Below the pieces are notes generated by a model, which was not told the origin of the DNA, ran no database searches, and saw nothing but the letters and a program-made list of their open reading frames with translations. A stretch of 24,852 bases of DNA. It comes from a virus. Its lineage: Duplodnaviria; Caudoviricetes. This document shows positions 16,759-24,802 of the stretch, piece by piece (position 1 is the stretch's first letter; each line of letters begins with the position of its first letter). Both the position numbers and the translations under genes were made by a program. The DNA lies in the IMG/VR virus record IMGVR_UViG_3300017766_002849, positions 1-24,852 of that record; one strand, given 5' to 3'.

Positions 16759-16766
16759 AATACACC
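16759..16766 (-). promoter_or_regulatory. Putative late promoter motif GGTGTATT
   Basis: Intergenic, 8 nt past the U tract of the capsid terminator and 36 nt upstream of ATG 16722. Confidence 0.7.
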
Positions 16767-16774
16767 CTAGGTAC

Positions 16775-16809
16775 AAAAAAAGAACCGCCCCTCGTGAAAG
16801 GAGCGGTTC
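16775..16809 (-). terminator. Rho-independent terminator after major capsid gene
   Basis: Minus-strand GAACCGCUCCU-UUCACG-AGGGGCGGUUC (11-bp stem, one G-U) followed by U7. Confidence 0.92.
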
Positions 16810-16835
16810 CTAAACCGATTGGTTTATAACGAGAA

Positions 16836-17840
16836 TCAGAGAGCGCCGAGGATAACTCTACGATTATCGAGAACCGCAAAGCCCTGTTCAGCCCATCCGT
16901 AGAATCCGGCTCTCTTCTGACGATGAAGTGTATCGTCTTCGAAGATTTGAACCTGTTCACGAATTGGCATGATGAAACTATCTCTCTTACGGAGATCAAG
17001 ACCAACAACTAGTTCGACCTTGCTTCCGGGTAGGGAGCCACCAAGAGCACTAGTGTAGTAGAGTTGGTATTCTTGACCTTCACCAAGTTCATCAAGATCA
17101 TGGAGATTGATACCAAACACGCGATTAACACTTCCGTCAGCAGCGGTATAGATTTCTCTACGAGTGATTTCGTCAACTTGATCAACGTTCCAGTTGCGAA
17201 TATCTTCCATGGCTTCTGGACTAACATAAAGGTCTGTTAGCATACCACGGTTTGTACTAGCAGAGTTACCACCACCATTTCGACGCATAACAGTCTTCAT
17301 AAGAGAAACGAGTCTCTTGCTGAAAAGACCGGCTGTTGTATCAGCATCATACACAACAATATTACGATCAAGACCAGCAGCAAGAAGTGTGTGCCAGCCG
17401 TCGTCGTTCATCTTTTTGACGAAAGACGCTTCGAGAACTTCCATAGCACGACCAACAACGTCCCAACGGGCGTCGCGGGCATACTTTAGAAGATAATCGA
17501 TACTAGCACCAACGTCATAGGTTGGAACCATGACGTAATCACTTTCAACGTGCTTTTCTGGCACATAACCGTGATTAGGAATTGTATAAGCAACGAAATC
17601 CTTTTCTGTTCCGGGAGCTAGAAGATCAAGAGGAAATTCAGGAGTAGCACTCTGAGCCAATGTGATTGGTTCAAAAATGCCGTCAAGAATATTTCCGTTA
17701 AGAACACCCTGACGAAGAGGAAGTTCTAATGCCTTTGCAAATTCTGCATTAGCAGAAACGGACTCTTCTTTTCTAGCAGAACCAGAACGGATAAGAAGAT
17801 CAGTTAGTTCTTTGGTTGGTTGAAATACTTTATCAGACAT
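16836..17840 (-). CDS. Major capsid protein (HK97 fold), 334 aa
   Basis: Follows scaffold and decoration genes. AAAGGGAGA SD before ATG 17840 (MSDKVF). YARDARWDVVGRA long-helix region, FGINL and GFYGWAEQGFAVLD C-terminal pattern; strong terminator downstream. Confidence 0.9.
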   Translation of the reverse strand: MSDKVFQPTKELTDLLIRSGSARKEESVSANAEFAKALELPLRQGVLNGNILDGIFEPITLAQSATPEFPLDLLAPGTEKDFVAYTIPNHGYVPEKHVESDYVMVPTYDVGASIDYLLKYARDARWDVVGRAMEVLEASFVKKMNDDGWHTLLAAGLDRNIVVYDADTTAGLFSKRLVSLMKTVMRRNGGGNSASTNRGMLTDLYVSPEAMEDIRNWNVDQVDEITRREIYTAADGSVNRVFGINLHDLDELGEGQEYQLYYTSALGGSLPGSKVELVVGLDLRKRDSFIMPIREQVQIFEDDTLHRQKRAGFYGWAEQGFAVLDNRRVILGAL

Positions 17841-17860
17841 TGTGTAATCTCCCTTTAGAA

Positions 17861-18322
17861 TTAAGTAATATTGACTGAAAGCTTGGCATAACCATCGGCG
17901 TCTTTGGCACTGAGCCATTGACCAACCTTAGTGCCACCACCGGCGGTAACACCAACATAGCCACTATTGTTAACATAAGCATCAAGACCGGGGCCAGGAA
18001 CAGCGCCGGGAGTGATGTAGTTAGTTGTGACTTGACCTTGGCGGAGAAGGGTTACCTTGCCACCAACTTGCATTTCGTCTTTATACCAGTTGATATGCTG
18101 ACGAGTTAGGTCATAGTTTACAACGTCGTTAAGTAGAACGCCAACCGGTCTTGCACCGCTACCGGTAGTGTTATATGCAACAACAGCACCAGCATCGTCC
18201 ATAGCCACGCCACTACCACTTGAGGACACAACAACTGTTGCAATACCACCACGTTCTGCGGTTGTGTTCATGAAGAAACTGATATCAGTTAGAAGTTCGA
18301 TACGATCAGGTTTTAGAGCCAT
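17861..18322 (-). CDS. Capsid decoration/cement protein
   Basis: 153 aa, G/V/A-rich with PVGVLL...GGKVTLLRQGQVTT...KVGQWL pattern. Lies between scaffold and capsid, the lambda gpD position. AAGGGAG SD. Confidence 0.7.
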   Translation of the reverse strand: MALKPDRIELLTDISFFMNTTAERGGIATVVVSSSGSGVAMDDAGAVVAYNTTGSGARPVGVLLNDVVNYDLTRQHINWYKDEMQVGGKVTLLRQGQVTTNYITPGAVPGPGLDAYVNNSGYVGVTAGGGTKVGQWLSAKDADGYAKLSVNIT

Positions 18323-18325
18323 TTG

Positions 18326-18979
18326 TTATTCTCCCTTATTAAGTTTTTTGCCGAGTCTAGCACAAACAAATTCGACGAGTTCAGCGCGAGTTGAATGAAC
18401 AGCATCTTCTTCCGAAGTTGTTGTAGAACCAACACTAAGATCAACTCCACCATCTTCAACTTCCACAGTTTCTAGAACAGATGGATCGGTGTTTTCCGAA
18501 GAAGCAGCTTTCTTATCTTCTTTCTTCATCTTGTCTTCTTCTTTCTTCTTAAGCCAATCTGGCTTTGTAGCAGCTAGAAGAGAGGTCATAGCTTCAAAAG
18601 AGGAGTCGTCAAGAGCTTCAAACTTGTCTGTTGTACTTTCTGCGAGTTCTGCTGTGGCACCTAGCTCCACAAGAGAAGCCATTCTTTTCATCTTCTTTTC
18701 TTTCTTCATCATCTCTTCTTCTTTGCCCTTATATGCGGCAATAGTTTCGAGAGCAGCTTCTAGTTCAGACTTAGTCTTCTTGTACTCTTCTTCGGCTTTC
18801 TTCTTGTACTCTTCTGCGCCACCGGCTAGAGCAACCTTATCGGCTTCTAGTGCAGCGACCTTTTCTTCGTAAGCCTTGATAGTACTTTGTAGTTCTTCTA
18901 CACTAGCTTTTGTTGCTGTGGCAGTTGCTAATTGATCAAGCTTGACATTGATTTCAGCAACTTCTTTTTCTAAACTCAT
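18326..18979 (-). CDS. Nested in-frame scaffold protein (217 aa, MSLEKEVAEIN...)
   Basis: In-frame ATG at codon 270, at the protease/coiled-coil boundary, with GGAG (18992-18989) 9 nt upstream and the promoter motif 37 nt upstream. Confidence 0.7.
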   Translation of the reverse strand: MSLEKEVAEINVKLDQLATATATKASVEELQSTIKAYEEKVAALEADKVALAGGAEEYKKKAEEEYKKTKSELEAALETIAAYKGKEEEMMKKEKKMKRMASLVELGATAELAESTTDKFEALDDSSFEAMTSLLAATKPDWLKKKEEDKMKKEDKKAASSENTDPSVLETVEVEDGGVDLSVGSTTTSEEDAVHSTRAELVEFVCARLGKKLNKGE

Positions 18980-19786
18980 AGTATTTGTCTCCACGTTAAA
19001 GTTTGACTGAGAAATAGATACACCCGATTCGGCCAATTCGCTATTTTTTTCAGCAGGACTATTTAGAATAATTATACTGTCGGGGTTGGCTGGCTTATCA
19101 ACATAGCCCTTTCCAGTAAAAGTTACTTGTCTTAGTACTCTGCCAATTTTATAGTTCTGATGCTCTCCGGCGCCACCATATGCTCTTAGATATTTGGTTA
19201 AATATGCAGTATTGTCATTTCTGGCTAGAACCTTATAATTTCCAGCACTATCCATAACTCCATAATCAAATCCCTTAAATAAACATTCCATACTAACATA
19301 TTTTGTACCATCTTCAATTTCGGCAATAAGCTTAGAAGCCCGTTCTCTTAATTCTGGATTACTAAAAGCTTTGTAAATTACCGATCCTGCTAGAATATGA
19401 AATTTATCTGGAAGCTGGTCTAAAGGAGTGTCTTCCGCAATAATCTTACCATCTTCTGTTACTGGAAGACTAGAGATCATGTGACCAACTATTAGCGATT
19501 CATCATGGTCTAGATTAGTTGGCTTATCTTCTGGCGTATTTTTTGCAATCCATACTTCTGCTTTGTCAAAAATATCGTCGTTTTTATTCCAAGACGAACT
19601 AACTAAAATACTCTTAGTATAATACAAGTCTTTGTCATCATAAGACGCTATGCTCTTAAAATGATCTCTCAAAATAGTATTGTAGTTTTCGTCAGACGGT
19701 TCTGCCTGACTAGCGATTAGAATTGATGCAGAAGATCTGATCTGGTGTTCTAATCCGTCGGCGATTTCTTGTGGGAAAATTTGCAT
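18326..19786 (-). CDS. Prohead protease-scaffold fusion
   Basis: N-terminal domain with NLDHD...IVGH, YVSMEC and GYVDKPAN motifs of HK97/herpes-type maturation proteases. C-terminal E/K/A coiled coil. Confidence 0.8.
   Translation of the reverse strand: MQIFPQEIADGLEHQIRSSASILIASQAEPSDENYNTILRDHFKSIASYDDKDLYYTKSILVSSSWNKNDDIFDKAEVWIAKNTPEDKPTNLDHDESLIVGHMISSLPVTEDGKIIAEDTPLDQLPDKFHILAGSVIYKAFSNPELRERASKLIAEIEDGTKYVSMECLFKGFDYGVMDSAGNYKVLARNDNTAYLTKYLRAYGGAGEHQNYKIGRVLRQVTFTGKGYVDKPANPDSIIILNSPAEKNSELAESGVSISQSNFNVETNTMSLEKEVAEINVKLDQLATATATKASVEELQSTIKAYEEKVAALEADKVALAGGAEEYKKKAEEEYKKTKSELEAALETIAAYKGKEEEMMKKEKKMKRMASLVELGATAELAESTTDKFEALDDSSFEAMTSLLAATKPDWLKKKEEDKMKKEDKKAASSENTDPSVLETVEVEDGGVDLSVGSTTTSEEDAVHSTRAELVEFVCARLGKKLNKGE
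19017..19024 (-). promoter_or_regulatory. Putative internal late promoter motif GGTGTATC
   Basis: Inside the protease-scaffold linker, 37 nt upstream of internal ATG 18979. Confidence 0.6.
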
Positions 19787-19808
19787 AATTTATCTCTTAT
19801 AATGTGGG

Positions 19809-21995
19809 TTATTCTTGACTATACACCATACTATAGAAAGAGGCTTTTACTTGCTTATTTTCGTCAACAGTTAGATCTCTATCTAGATCTCTACTAATTT
19901 CGCTAGCATATGACTTAAACTCATTTAACTTAGTAGATAGAGCATTATCAGATATTTGTGCGAAAGCTTCTTTGATAGAATCTTCAGTAATTTTACTATA
20001 TGGTTTTAAGCCAAATAGAATTTTTGTTTTTGTTTGTTCTAGTTCGTCACTTTCGGTATTAGCCAAACTTCTTAAGTTTTTCTTATTATACAGATCTAAC
20101 ATTATGGGATTTATTATTTGACTAATTTTATCTTGTGCTTCGCTGGCCCATATATTCAAGCTAGCTCCTGTGCGGGGCTTGAATGTTTTTTCTTTGCGCT
20201 TCGTCGAATCTTTACTGGTCTTTGGGCGACCTTCACCAGATACTCCCGGCAAAGATTCTGGCGAATCTTTTGCCAATTTAGTTGGCATAGTAGCTTGTCT
20301 CATTTCCAGAATCGTTTTTTCTCCAGCTTTCTTCTTATCCATTTCCAAACCAACTTGACTTGGAGTGGCGGCACCGCCCTGTAAAGCAATCTTCTTAAGA
20401 GAATTTTCAATTTGTGGATCGTGCCAAGGACCGGCCTTTCTAACCATTCGGTTGCCTTTTCTTTCTCTTAGTTCGCGGTTTAGTCTGGACTTCTCCATAT
20501 CTGGATCAAAACCAAATCTCTTCTGTAGTAATTCGTCACTAATAACATTTCTATCCGCTAATTGAATAAGTAGGGCTTTTTCGGCATCTTCGTTACTAAG
20601 ATCCATTCTATCAAATTCTAGTTTAGCTGGATGACTAAATCCCATAGCTTTTTGAACAATTACAAATTCGTTCTCCCAGAACTTTGTAATAACATCACGA
20701 CCATATTGAAGTCGTTGTGTCATTGTCTTGAGACTAATGAAATTATTTGTGGTTCCACCAGCACCATAAGTGCCAGTAAGAGTTGGAGGAATACCTAGTC
20801 CTGCGTAAATATTATTGAGATGCGGCATATATTTTTCCGATCCCAAGAATTGATGAACGCTGGTTTTGCTTTCTAGTAATTCAATATCTGGACCCCAAAT
20901 TAGATCCATTGTTCCACCACCAACGTTATTGCCTAAAATTTCAGCTAGTTTTGCTGTGGCGGCTCTGGTTGGAGCAATCTTGTGTTCCAAACTACCGAGC
21001 TTGAATATGCGAATATTACTAATAGCACCGTCTAGAGCGGCTAAGTCTGCTAGCTTAAGTTTCTCTACAATAAAAATATCGTCCATAATGCTATAGATCA
21101 TGGGATAAGCCCAACTCTGCCAATCGTCTTTTTTATAGTGACATACTATAGTTTTAGCTGGATCTAGAGGATAAGCCTTTTTAGCTTTTGCTGCTTCCAG
21201 AATATCTTTTGGTAGCTTGGCAACGATCTCTCTTTCAAGATCTGTCTTGGGACTATTGATTAGCTTTCTTAGTTGTGCCGGAATTATAATCTGATACCTT
21301 TTATCTTGCACAAACGATGCCATTGCTCCGCCAGCAACTTCCACACATAACGGATCGATAAAAGTATACTTCCAAGGAATCTCTCTTTTTTCGGTCTTGA
21401 AGCTTTCTATGCTATCCACATACATATCTGGAGCGCCCATACTCTTATAGAGTTGTTCGGCCACTTTAACACTAATTTTTGCTGTTTGTCGATTCATAAC
21501 AACAGCGGCAGTTCTATACAAATTATTAAGAAAGCGTTCGCTACGATCTTTGCCTTCCACCTTCTTGAACCACTGTCTATAGAATCTTTCGATACGCTTA
21601 TTTCTATGACTTGGCATAATTCCTTGTACGGCAAAATCCGACATTAAATCAATAACATTACGAACCAATCCTACCTTGTAATAGATATCTTCGGCTTTGC
21701 GTCCTATTGCTTTGATTTGCTGTGGAACAGCTTCGTCTGGACGGAAAAACTCGTAATCGGCACGAGTCAAGCCGGGACGACCGCCGGTATTAGTAGTTAG
21801 ATTACTAAAATCCACACCATATCTACGACTACCAGTGGCTTTGTCTACAAGACCATATTCTGATAGAGATTCTGACGATTTCTTAAGAGCTTCTGTTTTA
21901 CTACCTAGGTCTTCTCCCCAAGCAACATATGCTTCTGCGCCTTCTAGACTAGCATGAGCTATAACTTCACTCTTAGGATATCTTTTTTTAGCCAT
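19809..21995 (-). CDS. Portal protein (728 aa)
   Basis: Directly after the terminase. GLVRNVIDLMSDF, IVCHYKKDDWQSWAYP and IYAGLGIPPTL segments fit portal architecture; long C-terminal extension. Confidence 0.85.
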   Translation of the reverse strand: MAKKRYPKSEVIAHASLEGAEAYVAWGEDLGSKTEALKKSSESLSEYGLVDKATGSRRYGVDFSNLTTNTGGRPGLTRADYEFFRPDEAVPQQIKAIGRKAEDIYYKVGLVRNVIDLMSDFAVQGIMPSHRNKRIERFYRQWFKKVEGKDRSERFLNNLYRTAAVVMNRQTAKISVKVAEQLYKSMGAPDMYVDSIESFKTEKREIPWKYTFIDPLCVEVAGGAMASFVQDKRYQIIIPAQLRKLINSPKTDLEREIVAKLPKDILEAAKAKKAYPLDPAKTIVCHYKKDDWQSWAYPMIYSIMDDIFIVEKLKLADLAALDGAISNIRIFKLGSLEHKIAPTRAATAKLAEILGNNVGGGTMDLIWGPDIELLESKTSVHQFLGSEKYMPHLNNIYAGLGIPPTLTGTYGAGGTTNNFISLKTMTQRLQYGRDVITKFWENEFVIVQKAMGFSHPAKLEFDRMDLSNEDAEKALLIQLADRNVISDELLQKRFGFDPDMEKSRLNRELRERKGNRMVRKAGPWHDPQIENSLKKIALQGGAATPSQVGLEMDKKKAGEKTILEMRQATMPTKLAKDSPESLPGVSGEGRPKTSKDSTKRKEKTFKPRTGASLNIWASEAQDKISQIINPIMLDLYNKKNLRSLANTESDELEQTKTKILFGLKPYSKITEDSIKEAFAQISDNALSTKLNEFKSYASEISRDLDRDLTVDENKQVKASFYSMVYSQE
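19820..19827 (-). promoter_or_regulatory. Putative late promoter motif GGTGTATA
   Basis: 33 nt upstream of protease ATG 19786, embedded in the last codons (M-V-Y-S) of the portal gene. Confidence 0.65.
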
Positions 21996-22043
21996 AATAT
22001 TTTCTAATTGTAATGTAATATGAATGTGGTGCGATTAACCAAT

Positions 22044-22051
22044 TATACACT
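22044..22051 (-). promoter_or_regulatory. Putative late promoter motif AGTGTATA(AT)
   Basis: 48 nt upstream of portal ATG 21995, overlapping the terminase TAG stop. Confidence 0.65.
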
Positions 22052-24092
22052 AATTTCTATAAACTCCGCCATATATGTCCTCATTAACGGCTGAAGTAAA
22101 CCATTCTGGTCCTCTATAGAGTTGTCCTTGAGCTTTGCCTTCTATAAGTGCTCGATTTCCTCCTATCATATTATACTCGATAGGCTGTAAAGTTCTAGTC
22201 ATTTGTCGGGCTATCATATTTGCTATTAATAATGAACTATATCGGTCTTTTCTAAGCTTACCCTTTTTGCCATTTGGCATCTTAACATCCGGGGTATCCC
22301 ATCTGTCTCTAGCGTTCGGGCCGGTACTAGTTTGGGTCATAACGATAGTAGTTAACTCGTTTTTCAGTTCTTCTATTTCTAGAATACATTCGCTAACACT
22401 GTCGTATAAAGGAGTAAGGTCACTATCCATAATACTTCTATTTTCTTTCTCTAAAGCTAGTCCCAGTGATAGATTGTCAAACTTAGGAAACAACAATACT
22501 TTATCCTCTAAGTCTTTTCTTAATCCGTGATTAGCCTGACTAGTCCAATCTGCCTTTGCAAATTGCACCATTTCTAATATGTGCAATCCTTGCTGATCAT
22601 CAGTATCTTTACCTTTATCGTAATCAATAATAGGCCAAATTAAGAGTTCTCCATCTTCTAGCTTACTAGGATCGTGTAGAGCTTCTTCGATTGCTATGCC
22701 TCCACCCTGAGCATCCATCCCTATGCGATGACAAGGAAACACTTTCATTAAGTTGCGAATTTTCCTAGCACAGAAAGCGTAGAAATCGTGATCGTTACTA
22801 GTTCCCGCTTTTTGTCTGTCTTTAAAATTACCTCTATTAGTAGTCCATTCGTAAACTATGCGACGATGATTATTATGAATCTCTAATATTGTAATACTAA
22901 AGTTATCTTTTTCACTAGCCGGATCTATTCCATAAACATAAGTATATAGAGGATTACCAACAGTAACAGCATCAAACGATACTGGTTTACCTTCTATATA
23001 GATAGGCTTATTATCGGAAGGAACACAACTTTCGATAAGAGTTCTTCTAAAGAATCCTTCACTATCTTTAACGAAGCAGGCCGCGTATTCCATATTGTAA
23101 ATACCAACATGAACTGTGGCTTTTGCTCTGCCCACTTGTTTATCGTCCATGAAGCCTTTGGGAATTAATTCGTATGGTAAACGAATAATACTAAAGTCTC
23201 GCCAGTTAAAGTTATCTGGAACTTCGCCTTGAAATAGTTCTTCTAGTTTTCTCTTATCTCCCTTACTCTCGATAATCCCCTTATATCTTTTCCAATACGC
23301 AGCAAAATGCTTAAAGTCATAATCTGCTGTACCAGAGATTATTGATTGATTACCCATCTTAATATTCAATTTTTCTAGTTCTTCGTTCCATAATCCCTGT
23401 TCAATCATCGCTTTCTTTTTAGCTTGTTCTTTAACATTTTGAATAGGACTAGCACTAACAGCGGAGAAGCCCTGAACAACCGTTTCATAAATATCTGGAG
23501 CAATAGACGCGAACTCGTCCGCGATAATAATATGCGCTCGTAAACCTCTAATTTTGTTTCCGTCGCCAAGAGGGATGGCAGTAATAATACTTTCGCCTAA
23601 CCTCATAGTGCATCTATCTACGTCTCGTCTTGGTCCGTCTTCGTTACCGCTAAAGATACTACGAATAATTGGACTATTTCTCCACATAGCCTCCATATAT
23701 TCGAAAACAATTTTACTCTGACGAAAAGCAGCACCAACAATAACTATCTTGGTTCCCGGATAAAAAGCAGCCTTATCCATAGCGTAGGCGGCTAATAGAA
23801 AAGACTTACCCCAACCACGACTAGCAATATACATTGGAAAAGCACGAATACTAAACTCTTGTAGAATACCACACTGTATTGGGTGTAGTTCATATCCATA
23901 CATCATCTTAAACTTGGCACCGACATATTTAGGATCTCGCAATACCCTAATTAAATGACGATCAGGATTTTCTATTTCGTCTTCTGTGCGATTTAGTAAG
24001 GTGTTGCGACCAATATCGATAAGATCAATATCGCCTAACCCCAACCACGCATTGTCAAACGTTATTAGTTTCTTCTCTATATTCGAGTTCAT
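22050..24092 (-). CDS. terL: Terminase large subunit
   Basis: Q motif (LHPIQ), Walker A ASRGWGKS, IRGLRA, Walker B IIADEF, ISGT coupling motif; RNase H-like nuclease residues YGIDPA, IGMDAQGGG, KDRYSS. Confidence 0.95.
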   Translation of the reverse strand: MNSNIEKKLITFDNAWLGLGDIDLIDIGRNTLLNRTEDEIENPDRHLIRVLRDPKYVGAKFKMMYGYELHPIQCGILQEFSIRAFPMYIASRGWGKSFLLAAYAMDKAAFYPGTKIVIVGAAFRQSKIVFEYMEAMWRNSPIIRSIFSGNEDGPRRDVDRCTMRLGESIITAIPLGDGNKIRGLRAHIIIADEFASIAPDIYETVVQGFSAVSASPIQNVKEQAKKKAMIEQGLWNEELEKLNIKMGNQSIISGTADYDFKHFAAYWKRYKGIIESKGDKRKLEELFQGEVPDNFNWRDFSIIRLPYELIPKGFMDDKQVGRAKATVHVGIYNMEYAACFVKDSEGFFRRTLIESCVPSDNKPIYIEGKPVSFDAVTVGNPLYTYVYGIDPASEKDNFSITILEIHNNHRRIVYEWTTNRGNFKDRQKAGTSNDHDFYAFCARKIRNLMKVFPCHRIGMDAQGGGIAIEEALHDPSKLEDGELLIWPIIDYDKGKDTDDQQGLHILEMVQFAKADWTSQANHGLRKDLEDKVLLFPKFDNLSLGLALEKENRSIMDSDLTPLYDSVSECILEIEELKNELTTIVMTQTSTGPNARDRWDTPDVKMPNGKKGKLRKDRYSSLLIANMIARQMTRTLQPIEYNMIGGNRALIEGKAQGQLYRGPEWFTSAVNEDIYGGVYRN

Positions 24093-24540
24093 ATACTTTT
24101 TTCATTAGGGTGAGTGCAATCTTAGAGGCATTGCTAGCATCTCCACAAAATACAACGTGTATATTATGCTGAAGCTGAAGTTCTAGTAGATTCTTGATAA
24201 TAAAGCCCGGAGTAATCTTTAGTCTATTCCACATACGTTTTGGTACATTTGATCCCACCGGATATCGATAAATATCTTCAAGATCAAATTCTAGTATTAA
24301 AAATGAATACTTATATTGTTTCATTCTTTCAATAACATCTTTGAATCTTTTTTCCGTTACATTATTAGCAATCTCGCTAACACTCTTCTTTCGTTCTATG
24401 CACAATAGATTTTCGTATCCTTCAACGCTATAATCTCCAGTATCGAGTTTGCGATTAGCATACGCTATTCTCTCAAACTCCCACGGCTGTTGTTCTCTAG
24501 TATCTATTATGACTTTAAAGTTATTGTAATTAACGCTCAT
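24055..24540 (-). CDS. Stand-alone ERCC4 (XPF/Mus81-family) nuclease
   Basis: IIDTREQ, LDTGDY, CIERKKS.SE, RF...IERM and FLILE match the ERCC4 GDx(n)ERKx3[DE] signature. Confidence 0.88.
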   Translation of the reverse strand: MSVNYNNFKVIIDTREQQPWEFERIAYANRKLDTGDYSVEGYENLLCIERKKSVSEIANNVTEKRFKDVIERMKQYKYSFLILEFDLEDIYRYPVGSNVPKRMWNRLKITPGFIIKNLLELQLQHNIHVVFCGDASNASKIALTLMKKVYELEYREETNNV

Positions 24541-24802
24541 TTTTCTTTTCCGCTATTATTTTAAAGAACACCGCAGCATATACCGATTCTAAGCCAGTTA
24601 TCATTTTGTGATGAAGATAACAAAGTGTGATACCATTATCTACAACAAACCTTAGTGCCGGATTGTCTGCCCACCTAACTATGTGATGGGCATTTAATCG
24701 TTTTTTGATAGTACACCCCGGCCACTGACAAGTGTGCTTATCTCTTTTGTAAACCTCTTTTCTCCACTTTACATATAAAGGATCTTTAAACCATCTGGTC
24801 AC
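24530..24802 (-). CDS. HNH endonuclease (90 aa)
   Basis: WRKEVYKRD..CQWPGC...LNAHHI...DNGITLCYLHH; GTG start; near the terminase, like HK97 gp74. Confidence 0.9.
   Translation of the reverse strand: MTRWFKDPLYVKWRKEVYKRDKHTCQWPGCTIKKRLNAHHIVRWADNPALRFVVDNGITLCYLHHKMITGLESVYAAVFFKIIAEKKNER

Noticed and set aside
5989-17227. Small out-of-frame minus-strand ORFs 5989..6180, 16757..17008 and 17009..17227
   Set aside because: They overlap the adaptor or capsid genes, one runs through the terminator, and none has a clear SD or motif.
17841-17918. 26-aa N-terminal extension of the capsid ORF (MAQCQRRRW...)
   Set aside because: It overlaps the decoration gene out of frame, and a strong SD precedes ATG 17840.
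159-22530. Plus-strand ORFs in the track (e.g. 11123..11854, 12243..12833, 18489..18872, 22135..22530)
   Set aside because: All lie antisense to well-supported minus-strand genes and have shadow compositions (P/L/V/T- or S/F-rich) with no recognisable domains.
22050-24092. Intein or intron in terL, and its EQGLWN match to the chaperone
   Set aside because: The ORF is continuous with no intein splice-junction or LAGLIDADG motifs seen; the six-residue match has no flanking similarity.
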